Origin: Planctomycetota bacterium
Lineage (GTDB): Bacteria; Planctomycetota; PLA2
Direction of reading: 5' to 3'
NCBI GenBank assembly: GCA_021776785.1
Contig: JAJFFF010000044.1
Span: 150,578 to 214,577 of the forward strand
DNA length: 64,000 nucleotides
In this document: piece after piece, positions 36,768-45,361 of the stretch
Layout of the letters: every line of letters starts with the position of its first letter
Numbering within the stretch: position 1 is the first letter of the stretch
Notes under the pieces: model-generated
What the model was told of the DNA's origin: nothing
What the model saw: the letters and a program-made list of their open reading frames with translations, nothing else
Databases searched by the model: none
Translations under genes and position numbers: made by a program

Positions 36768-38269
36768 CGACCCGCCCGCAGTACAAATCGCGCCTCGTAC
36801 GAGCGACCGCCCCACAGCGCCTTTTTCTTCAGATGCCGCGAGAAAACAACCATCAAGTGAACACGCCCCTCGCCGCCCCACTCCTCGACCGCCGCGGTGG
36901 CGTAGATGTGCGGAACCGTCTCGCCATCTTTGGTCACAACAACCGACCGACATCCTGTCACGCGGCGCGCGTCCTCCAGAGACAGATCCACACGCAGTCG
37001 AATGCGGTGCGTCCAACCGCCCTCTCCGCGCAGCACGTCGACCGGCGCCCAATACTTGCCCACGTCACTGCCGCGTTTCCATACAACCTCGAGCCCCTTC
37101 TTGGTCCAGGCGTGCTCCGCGCGAAACGGGTCTTCCCCCGCCGCGGCAACGGGTGCGAACGTCGGATCGCCGAACAAGGCGCGACACGCGGCGCCGCTGA
37201 TCATCTGATCGTGAATGTCGCGAAACGGCCATCCTTTGCCGGGTCGATGCTCGGGTAGCTCCAACGCCTTGCGACGATACGCGACAACGACATCGTCATA
37301 CGTCGCTTTGGAGGCCAACCCCAGGGGTTCGCCCGTCACCAAGACGTGCTCCATTTCGTGGTGGTTTGTTTCGCCGCGATCGGGATCCAGACCCGCAAAC
37401 ACCCCGGTTGTACCGGCCCGGATGAGCGAAAGAACAAACGAGTCTTCGGGGGCGACACGCTCCTCTTTCGCTTGGCCGTTGCGGTATCGAAACCACCGAC
37501 TGGTTACACCGCAATAGCACGGCCCACTGAAATAGAGTGCCGGATGCATCTGCAGTCCGCTTTCGCGCAGCGCCCGACCGCTGAGCCCGTGGTCGATGCC
37601 GTCCGGCATGCCGTGTCCACTCGCGCGATAGATACCAACGCCTTTGAGTTTGGACAGCCGCTGCGCGATGTCTTGGTCATCGTGTTTGTGCCAAAGGCCG
37701 CGGGTGGTCCAACCCTTCGCGACCTTGTGGGGCGCCGCGCGCGTCGGACCGTACGGTTTCGGAACCGGAGCGAATTCAACGATGGTTCGCGGCAGCTTCT
37801 TTTTTCCGGCCGCCACGGCGGCGATTCCACGAACGAACGCTGTTGCTTCCGCCGGCGTGGCGCCCGTGATGTATCCGAAGGCGAAGTCTACGAACGGATC
37901 GCCATCGAGCTTGGCCGCGCGTTCCAAGAAGTCAAAGTGCCAATTCACGTCGAGCTGGTCGTGCGGAATGACCACGGCGACGTACGCCGGACGCAGCCGT
38001 TTGAGCTCGCGAAACGCCGCCGCGACCTTGCCGACTTTGTACGAGATCACTTTGTCGTAGCCCCGCGCCCGCAGCGTCTCAAAGACGCCCTTCCACGCCG
38101 GATCATCGGCCACGGCCGTCAAAATCACGCGCATCCGGAGCCCGTCGGCGCTCGGCGCGCCGAGCTTGGCCGAGAGCGGGCCGAGAAACACAGCCGCTCC
38201 GGCGTCTTCCGGCTGGTTCTTCGCCAAACTCGAAGCGACAAGAAGCATCACGATCAAAGCGAGTCTCAT
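36764..38269 (-). CDS. Secreted protein, putative caspase-fold (C25/gingipain-like) cysteine peptidase
   Basis: ORF 36764-38401 trimmed to ATG 38269, which is preceded by GGAGGA. Signal peptide MRLALIVMLLVASSLA. Candidate His/Cys dyad contexts YRASGHGMPDG and LYFSGPCYCG. Confidence 0.4.
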   Translation of the reverse strand: MRLALIVMLLVASSLAKNQPEDAGAAVFLGPLSAKLGAPSADGLRMRVILTAVADDPAWKGVFETLRARGYDKVISYKVGKVAAAFRELKRLRPAYVAVVIPHDQLDVNWHFDFLERAAKLDGDPFVDFAFGYITGATPAEATAFVRGIAAVAAGKKKLPRTIVEFAPVPKPYGPTRAAPHKVAKGWTTRGLWHKHDDQDIAQRLSKLKGVGIYRASGHGMPDGIDHGLSGRALRESGLQMHPALYFSGPCYCGVTSRWFRYRNGQAKEERVAPEDSFVLSLIRAGTTGVFAGLDPDRGETNHHEMEHVLVTGEPLGLASKATYDDVVVAYRRKALELPEHRPGKGWPFRDIHDQMISGAACRALFGDPTFAPVAAAGEDPFRAEHAWTKKGLEVVWKRGSDVGKYWAPVDVLRGEGGWTHRIRLRVDLSLEDARRVTGCRSVVVTKDGETVPHIYATAAVEEWGGEGRVHLMVVFSRHLKKKALWGGRSYEARFVLRAGR

Positions 38270-38393
38270 GGTTCCTCCACTTAAAAGATCCCACAGACCC
38301 GAGGAGTGTTCGGAAAAAACGCGAAACCAAACCGACGCCGTCAGAACTTGGCGCAAAGCGCGCGGCGGATCACTTCCGTTATGCTTTTGAGTT

Positions 38394-39647
38394 GTGCGCA
38401 ATCTTCTTGTCGGATTCGTCGCGGGGATCGCCGTTGGTTGGGTCGCCTTCGCCCAGCGCGACGACCCCGTACCTCGCCGGGAGCGCGATCAGCGCGCCCG
38501 GCCGATCGAAACGGTGCGGGCGCGCCCGCGCGTGCACCGTCCCGACGCGCCGACGGCTCCGCCGACACCCATCTACGACGCAACGTGGATTCGCACCGCC
38601 GGCAGATCGGCGATCGCGAGGCTCGCCCACGAAGTCCAGGTCGGCGAATCGCAGCTCGATCCGTCCGCGCTCGAAGCCGCGCTGACCCGCCTTGAAGCGG
38701 CTCACGCCGCCCGCCAGTGGCCGATGTTCTCCGCGTTGCTGAAACTTCTCGCCCCATCGAATCATCCCGCCGTTCACAAAAAGTTCGTGGCGCTCATGGG
38801 CGATACGTCCGTGCGCTTTCACGACTGGCGTATCGCCGAGGTGTTCCGCGTAGCACTCACGGACAGCGTGGCCCCGGGAATCTTGGACGCCGCGCGACAG
38901 CGTCTCGAGTTTGAATTCGACGAATACAAAGACGAGCATCGCTACTCCGGTTGGATCGAGATCGTGGCTCGGTACGGCACGGCGGACGATCTCGATTGGG
39001 TCGTTGAGAAAACGAAGGAGCGCGACCTCAATGCTCTTGCCGTCGCTCTCGCGCACGCCGCGGCGAACCCGCGCGCCACCGAACACCTCGCCAAGATTCT
39101 TGCGGGGGGAACGCGGCTGTTTGATGCCGGCCGGATTGCCCATGCGTTCGGAGAAGCGAATCCCGAGGCGGCGCGCGCCGTCTATCGGGCGGGGCTCGAG
39201 AACCTGGATCCTCGTCGCGACTCCGAGTTGTCGCACCGTGGGCGGGACTATGCAGTGGCCGTAACCAACGAGTCGCTCGACGAAGCGAGAGCATTTCTTG
39301 TGAACCTGACCGATCCGTATCAACGCATCGCCGGAGCCTACGCGGTCGCCACGATGAAGCAACGCGGGCTTGACGTGAGTGGCCTCGACTCCGTCGTCAC
39401 GGCACCGATTGAATACGCCGAAAAGCTCGCACGCGCTTCGGAGGCCGAGCGACGGCGCGAGGGGTCGCGCCCACGGTATGCGATCGAATACAACCGTTTG
39501 GCGTGGACCAAGCGCGCCGCGGATGCACTGGATGCGCTGGCTGACGTGACGAAGGATCGCGGCGAACGCGAGGCCCTGCAGGGCGTGGCGCGCGAGATTC
39601 GAGCCCGGCTCGGACTCGACGGCGCCGAGTGGAAGACCGCCGACTGA
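38394..39647 (+). CDS. Membrane-anchored hypothetical protein (helical-repeat)
   Basis: 417 aa with a GTG start. N-terminal TM segment LLVGFVAGIAVGWVAFA. The remainder is Ala/Leu/Arg-rich and helical. Divergent from the ECF operon. Confidence 0.5.
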   Translation: MRNLLVGFVAGIAVGWVAFAQRDDPVPRRERDQRARPIETVRARPRVHRPDAPTAPPTPIYDATWIRTAGRSAIARLAHEVQVGESQLDPSALEAALTRLEAAHAARQWPMFSALLKLLAPSNHPAVHKKFVALMGDTSVRFHDWRIAEVFRVALTDSVAPGILDAARQRLEFEFDEYKDEHRYSGWIEIVARYGTADDLDWVVEKTKERDLNALAVALAHAAANPRATEHLAKILAGGTRLFDAGRIAHAFGEANPEAARAVYRAGLENLDPRRDSELSHRGRDYAVAVTNESLDEARAFLVNLTDPYQRIAGAYAVATMKQRGLDVSGLDSVVTAPIEYAEKLARASEAERRREGSRPRYAIEYNRLAWTKRAADALDALADVTKDRGEREALQGVAREIRARLGLDGAEWKTAD

Positions 39648-39692
39648 GGAACGAGAAAAACGGGGGCGCCGTCGACCGACGCCCCCGTGCGT

Positions 39693-41051
39693 TTACTTCC
39701 GTTCGTAGAGCCAGACGAATGCCTGGCGCTGCGGGGCCGGCACGTACTTGCCGAGCTTCTTGCCGATCGCTTGGACCTGCTTCATCGCCCCCATGTACTC
39801 GGGGCGAAACTCCTTGTACACCTCGCTCGCTTTCTTCTGGTACTCGGGGTTGCTGTAGTCCAAACCGGCGGTCGCGGCCTTGACGGCGGCGGCCTGTTTC
39901 TTCGCGACCGCGTTCCGCTTCATCACAGCCACCGCGTTCTCACTTTTGAGCTTCGCGACGATGGCTTGTTCTTCGGCGGTGAGTTCGCGCGGCGCTTCCT
40001 TCCACATCGAGTAGCCGCCGACGACGAGATCGAGATCGCCATCACCGTCGTAGTCCACGGCGTCAACGTACAACCCGGCATCCGGGCGCGTCGGAGCTGC
40101 GTGGCCTTTCGGGCTCGGTGCGATCAACGTCTCCAACGCCGCGAACGCCGGCTTGCCGACGCTGCCGTTGTTGCGCGACAGGTAGACCCCGCCTCCGGTT
40201 CCGTTGGGCCCATACGAGTCGCCGAAGGACCCGGCGATCAGATCCATATCACCATCCCCATCCCAATCGACAAGGCGAGGTGCGGTCATTTTTGCGGCTA
40301 GTTCGAAGGGCTTGTCTCCCGCCATCACCGGGATGTTTTTGCCGGTGAACTTCGGCGCCGCGTTGGTGCCCTCGTTCATCTGGCGATAGAGGTGGCCACC
40401 TTCGTAACTGCCGAGCAAAAGATCGTAGTCCCCGTCGCTGTCCCAGTCGAAGGCGAGGGCGGAGATGCAACGCTCGCGCCGCTCTTTGCCGTTCGAGGTT
40501 TGTTCGAGGTTCTCGTGCTTCTTGCTCTCGTAATTCCAGATACTGGAGATTCGGATCCGCTGGCCTCGCGCGTCCTTGATCCGCTCGGGTGTGCCGAACC
40601 CTTCCTTACTTCCGTAACTAACGTGCGGCGAACCGTCGAACGTCGCCGAGATGTAATCGACATGGCCATCGGCGTTGAAGTCCACAAACTGTGAACCCAT
40701 GCCGATGCATCACCAGTTTTGGAATTTGAGAGCTTTGCCGCTGCTGTCGAGAAGCGGCGTCTCCGGGGTGAGACCGCGCTCGGTCCCGGCCGCGAACGTT
40801 ACGCGTCCGAAAAGGTCGCCGACGACGATGTCCTTATGACCATCGCCGTTTACGTCATAAAAGACCGGCGAAGGGTAGAGCCGACCGGCGCCGACAAACG
40901 CTTCGCCCGCTTTGATTCGTTGGGGCGCGGCGAACTTCGCCTGCCCGTCGACTTCATCGGCGACGCTCGGCGAGCCGCAAAGGAGCGCCGATCCTGCCAC
41001 CGCGAGCGCGAACGCCCGCCACTCAAAATCCAAGAACTGCGCGACCTTCAT
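39693..41051 (-). CDS. FG-GAP/VCBS-repeat beta-propeller protein interrupted by one in-frame TGA (40710-40712): candidate selenoprotein or pseudogene
   Basis: ORFs 40710-41099 (start trimmed to ATG 41051 after AGGAGGA; signal peptide) and 39693-40700 are in the same frame. They are separated only by TGA plus 3 codons. FG-GAP motifs (DVNGDGHKD, DFNADGHVD, DWDSDGDYD, DWDGDGDMD, DYDGDGDLD) span both parts. Confidence 0.6.
40667..40707 (-). promoter_or_regulatory. SECIS-like stem-loop immediately 3' of the in-frame UGA
   Basis: mRNA CAUCGGC (40707-40701) pairs with GCCGAUG (40673-40667). Inner helix GUUCACA/UGUGGAC is capped by a GUU loop at 40689-40687. Confidence 0.3.
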
Positions 41052-41436
41052 GGGAGATCCTCCTGTGTAGACGTACTGCCGCGATTGTAGCGCGAGCAAG
41101 GCCCGTCATGGCCGGGCAATCGGAGGAGGACGAAGAAGATTCGCGCGATGCCCGAGTCAACGAAGAACCGTCCCACGGTCGCGAGCTTGACGCCCGATTG
41201 ACCTGGTTCGGTATGGGAAAGAAGGAGTCACGGCCGGGATGGCCCCGGCCGTGACTTTGATTCATCCGTGAGCGCGGAATGAACCAGGGCCTGCAAAGAT
41301 TTTCTCTAGTTAATCCGATATGTAGGGGTGGGAGGGCGGTTGCGCGCCGCCCTCCCGAACAAGGTTGAACACTGGTCTTCTCGGTCTTCACAGGTGCAGC
41401 GCAGTTTTCAGCTGAGCTCCCCGGAAAAAAATATAG

Positions 41437-44400
41437 ATGACCGACGACACCCAGGAAAAGCAGGCGCATTTCGAACGTGTAGCGGGGACGTTTTCCCGCG
41501 CGCGCCGCGTCGTGCCCGCCCAGCGCGAGGCATTTTTGGACGTGGAATGCGGCGACGACGACGCCCTTCGCAGCGAAGTGCGCAAGCTCTTGGACGCCCA
41601 CGACGACGCGCCTGTCCAACCGCTGGCCATGGCGCCCGGCGTTCCCGGCTTCCGCATCTTGCGACGTATCGGCGTCGGCGGCATGGGCACCGTCTACGAA
41701 GCCGAGCAGGACCACCCGCGCCGTCGGGTCGCGCTCAAAGTGCTACGGCTGGACGCGCTGTCGGATGAGTCGCTGGCCCGGTTCGAAACCGAAGCACGAG
41801 CGCTCGCCCGCTTGCAGCACCCAGGCATCGCCCGGATCTTTGAGGCCGGCCGTTTCGAAGGCCCAGCCGGTTCCATGCCGTACTTGGCGATGGAGCTGAT
41901 CGACGGTCCGTCGATTCGCGACGCGGCGTCGCACCTGGATCGCGACGCGCGCATCTCACTCCTGATTGAAGTGTGCGCGGCGGTCGAACACGCCCACCAA
42001 CGCGGCATTCTTCATCGCGATCTCAAGCCCGCCAACATCTTGGTCGCCGACGACGGTCGTCCGCGGGTGCTCGACTTCGGCGTCGCGCGCGAGATCGAAG
42101 AGCCGTCGCCGCACACGCGCACCGGTCACCTCCTCGGAACGCTCGCCTACATGAGCCCCGAGCAGGCGCGCGGTGAGTTTGACGACCTGGACACGCGCTG
42201 CGACATCTACGCGCTCGGCGTGATCGGATACGAACTCGTGTCGGGTCAGGTTCCGCACAGCGTGCAGAGCCTACCGCTCCTCGAAGCGGCCCGCGTCGTC
42301 GCGAACGAACCGCACCGGTCGCTCGGCCGTGACGACCTCGCCGTTGTGCTTGACAAGGCTTTGGCCAAGGATCGCGAATTCCGCTATCCCTCCGCGACAG
42401 CCCTCGCCGACGACTTACGCCGTGTCCTCAACCGCGAGCCCGTGCGCGCACGGCCGCCGTCACGCGTGTACTACGTACGCCGTTTCGTGCAACGTAACCG
42501 CTCGATGGTCGCGTTTGTCGCGCTGGTCGTCGTCGCGTTGACGGTCCTTTGGTTCCGCGCTCTGGACTCGGCTGCCATGGCGCGCACGCAGCGGTCGGTT
42601 GCCGCGCGCGCGCGCTACGCGGCGCAGGTGCAAGCAGCTACGTCATATCTGGACCTGGCTGACATCGACGCCGCGCGCTCGGTTCTCTCGGAAACCGAGT
42701 CGAGTCAACGCGGCTGGATGTGGGATCACCTATCCGCCGTCACGAACAGCGACCTGGAGTCGCGCGCGTTCGACGCCGAGCCGTGGCTTGTCCATCCGTT
42801 TCAGTCGAGCCGCCCCCGCTATTGGTGCGACGGCCAGGTTCACGACGCCGACGGCCCGATGAACTACGGGTTTGCGCGCGGAATGCAGCGGCCCGTTCGC
42901 GCTCCCGACGACAACATCGTGGGCATGGGGAACAACAGGTTCTTCGTTCTTCGTGAGGGCGAACCGGCGCGTCACTTGTTCCGCGGGCTCCCGGAAGACT
43001 CGGACATCGATTTTTGCAACACCCACGATCGCGTCGTCGCCATGTCCGTGTTCGACCTACGCGGACGCGTCTCCGTCTACGACACAAAGACGCGGCGACC
43101 GCTTTGGATCAAAGACACGACACGGCTGAAGTTCGCGAGATTCTCCGCCGACGGCAAACATGTGATCGGCGCTACGTTTTGGAACGGCGAACTATTGATG
43201 TGGAACGCGGCCGACGGCACGCTGATTCGTCGATGGAACGGGCACACCGACCACATCACGCTGCTTGTGGTGAGTCCGGCAAGCGGGCACTTCGCCACGT
43301 TCGCCATGGACTGGCGCATCCGAATCTGGAACCAGAACGGCGCGCTCGTCGCGTCGCTGGACGATCCCGGTCAGTTCGTCCACGGACTCAAGTTCTCGCC
43401 GGACGGTTCGCTGCTCGTCTCGGCGCATCCGCGCGGCACGGTTCGCTTGTGGGACGTCAAAACGGGGATGCCGTACGGCGCCGCGGCCGGCGAGAGTTGG
43501 GACCACGTACGGGACGTGGCCTGGTCCGACGACGGCCAAGAAGTCCATTGCGTCGCCGGCAACAGCGTCTATCTTCGTGGCGCGCGTTCGCGCACTGTAC
43601 GGCGAGTGGTGAAACATCACGCGCCGCTTTCGAAAGACAAAATTCACCCCTACATCTACGACGTCGCGTACTCCCCAGACGGTCGTTGGCTCGCCTCGGT
43701 CGGATGGGATCAAACCGCGCGCGTCTGCAACGCCAAGACCGGCGAGCTCGTGCGCACGCTTGCGATCCCGAAGTACGTGTACGCATGTGCGTTCGATGCC
43801 GACAACGTGCTCTATGTCACGACGGATTGGGACGGCGTCGCCCAGGCGTGGGACATCACGACCGGCAAAGTGATCGCGGAACGCAAAATATCCGCCAAAT
43901 CGATGAGCGTTCATCCGAACGGAAAAGAACTCGCCGTCGGCGGCATTGCGGGCGTTCACTTCTTCGCACCGAAGACGCTGCGGGACTTGGCGCCCGAGCG
44001 CAAGATGAACGCGGCCGTCGATGCGTGCGCGTATTCGCCCACCGGCAACTTTCTCGCCGCGGGGGACACCGAAGGATTCGTCACGATCCTTCGCGACCGC
44101 AAGATCGTGAGACGGTGGAGAGCGCAAGCCGCCATCTTGTCCGTGGCATGGTCGCCGGACGAAACACGCGTCGCTGTCGGAACGAAAACCGGCCAAGTTA
44201 CCGAGTACGACGCGAAAACAGGACAGCGTGTGGATGGCCTTCAAATCCCGGAATCGCGCGTGTTTTCGCTCGTTTACTCGCCCGACGGACGGCTCCTCTT
44301 TATTGGTTCGGACGAGCATTCGATTCGCGTTTGGGACACCGTCGGGGGCGACGGATTGGGACGGCTTCGCGGGCATCGCGCCTACGTCAAGGGCATGGCT

Positions 44401-44487
44401 ATGAGCCCGGACGGGACCACGCTCGCATCCGCTTCGGGAGACAACACGGTGCGGCTGTGGCATCGGACGTTAGAGGGCACAAAGTAA
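41437..44487 (+). CDS. Ser/Thr protein kinase with TM segment and C-terminal WD40 beta-propeller
   Basis: 1016 aa. Kinase motifs GVGGMGTVYEA, HRDLKPANIL, DFGVA, TLAYMSPEQ. TM segment MVAFVALVVVALTVLWF. Multiple WD40 units (VRLWD, IRVWD, VRLWH). Confidence 0.9.
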   Translation: MTDDTQEKQAHFERVAGTFSRARRVVPAQREAFLDVECGDDDALRSEVRKLLDAHDDAPVQPLAMAPGVPGFRILRRIGVGGMGTVYEAEQDHPRRRVALKVLRLDALSDESLARFETEARALARLQHPGIARIFEAGRFEGPAGSMPYLAMELIDGPSIRDAASHLDRDARISLLIEVCAAVEHAHQRGILHRDLKPANILVADDGRPRVLDFGVAREIEEPSPHTRTGHLLGTLAYMSPEQARGEFDDLDTRCDIYALGVIGYELVSGQVPHSVQSLPLLEAARVVANEPHRSLGRDDLAVVLDKALAKDREFRYPSATALADDLRRVLNREPVRARPPSRVYYVRRFVQRNRSMVAFVALVVVALTVLWFRALDSAAMARTQRSVAARARYAAQVQAATSYLDLADIDAARSVLSETESSQRGWMWDHLSAVTNSDLESRAFDAEPWLVHPFQSSRPRYWCDGQVHDADGPMNYGFARGMQRPVRAPDDNIVGMGNNRFFVLREGEPARHLFRGLPEDSDIDFCNTHDRVVAMSVFDLRGRVSVYDTKTRRPLWIKDTTRLKFARFSADGKHVIGATFWNGELLMWNAADGTLIRRWNGHTDHITLLVVSPASGHFATFAMDWRIRIWNQNGALVASLDDPGQFVHGLKFSPDGSLLVSAHPRGTVRLWDVKTGMPYGAAAGESWDHVRDVAWSDDGQEVHCVAGNSVYLRGARSRTVRRVVKHHAPLSKDKIHPYIYDVAYSPDGRWLASVGWDQTARVCNAKTGELVRTLAIPKYVYACAFDADNVLYVTTDWDGVAQAWDITTGKVIAERKISAKSMSVHPNGKELAVGGIAGVHFFAPKTLRDLAPERKMNAAVDACAYSPTGNFLAAGDTEGFVTILRDRKIVRRWRAQAAILSVAWSPDETRVAVGTKTGQVTEYDAKTGQRVDGLQIPESRVFSLVYSPDGRLLFIGSDEHSIRVWDTVGGDGLGRLRGHRAYVKGMAMSPDGTTLASASGDNTVRLWHRTLEGTK

Positions 44488-44972
44488 TGGCTGTATTTGC
44501 GAAAGATATCTACAAAGAGCTCCATGAGATCGCGGCGATCTTGATGAAGGCAGAGCGCGTGGGCCATACGTTGCAACCGACCGCGCTCGCGCACGAAGCG
44601 TTTCTTCGGATCGGGGACGGGTCGGAGCTGGAACGCAAGGACTTCGTCGCGCGGGCCGCGCGAACGATGCGCCGCATCTTGGTCGATCACGCCCGGCGAC
44701 GTCGCGCTCTGCGGCGTGGCGGTGGCGAAACGCAGGAAGTTCTCGTCGATTTCGGATCCGCCGCGGGAACCGAGCAAGTTGAATTCTTGGCGCTCGAAGA
44801 AGCACTCTGCGAGCTCGAAACGATGGCACCGCGTCGCGCCCGTGTCGTGGAGCTCTTGTTCTTTGCGGGCCTCACGACACGCGAGGCCGCCGAAGCGCTG
44901 GCCGTGGGAACCACCACCGTCGAGGACGACTGGTACCTCGCGCGCGCGTGGCTAAAGACCCGACTGCTCTAG
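44487..44972 (+). CDS. ECF sigma factor of the kinase-associated (Sigma70_ECF/ECF43-like) type
   Basis: This is the last 161 codons of ORF 43014-44972. ATG 44487 overlaps the kinase TAA (TAATG). ERVGHTLQPTALAHEAFLRI and ELLFFAGLTTREAAEALAVGTTTVEDDWYLARAWL match that family. Confidence 0.8.
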   Translation: MAVFAKDIYKELHEIAAILMKAERVGHTLQPTALAHEAFLRIGDGSELERKDFVARAARTMRRILVDHARRRRALRRGGGETQEVLVDFGSAAGTEQVEFLALEEALCELETMAPRRARVVELLFFAGLTTREAAEALAVGTTTVEDDWYLARAWLKTRLL

Positions 44973-45361
44973 CGCGAGTTCACGCGCCACATTTCGCCGG
45001 AATCATCGGCGGCGTCATCAACGATCTCGCCATTCATGGCGATGGGCACCACTTCGAGGCGGTTCGCGCCACGCCGACGCACGCGATAGCTGAGCGAGCG
45101 AACGTATTCGCCCGGTACATCGAACACGAGCTCGAATTCGTCGCGCGCGAGGGTCCATCGAAAGGTGTCGGGAGGCGGCAGCTCAACACGCCAGCCACTT
45201 CGCAGATAGTCAATCGTCCCGGTTCCATCTTCGCGCAGCGTCACGCGCATACTCGCTCTTTTTCCTTCTTCGAAGTCTTCCCACGTACCGACCAAGTCGG
45301 AGACGCTAGGTTGCGTGGCTCCGCAAGCGGCCAAGACGACAAGGAAGGCCGCGCTACGCAT
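44969..45361 (-). CDS. Lipoprotein, unknown function
   Basis: 130 aa with lipobox MRSAAFLVVLAACG. Overlaps the batD 3' end by 8 nt. Confidence 0.6.
   Translation of the reverse strand: MRSAAFLVVLAACGATQPSVSDLVGTWEDFEEGKRASMRVTLREDGTGTIDYLRSGWRVELPPPDTFRWTLARDEFELVFDVPGEYVRSLSYRVRRRGANRLEVVPIAMNGEIVDDAADDSGEMWRVNSR

Noticed and set aside
40710-40712. Alternative genetic code (TGA as a sense codon) as the explanation for the in-frame TGA.
   Set aside because: Several well-defined genes in the window terminate at TGA at the expected protein ends (for example rfbD, the EpsH1-type glycosyltransferase, batA and the tethered sigma), so TGA is a normal stop here.
41108-41254. 48-codon ORF (MAGQSEEDEEDSRDARVNEEP...) in the FG-GAP/kinase spacer.
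   Set aside because: Third-position G/C bias is weak by hand count, there is no Shine-Dalgarno sequence and no recognisable family. It is more likely non-coding leader sequence containing the hairpin.
43014-44972. 652-aa ORF spanning the 3' half of the kinase gene and the ECF sigma.
   Set aside because: Only the last 161 codons (from ATG 44487) look like protein (ECF sigma). The upstream part is an out-of-frame shadow of the WD40 region.
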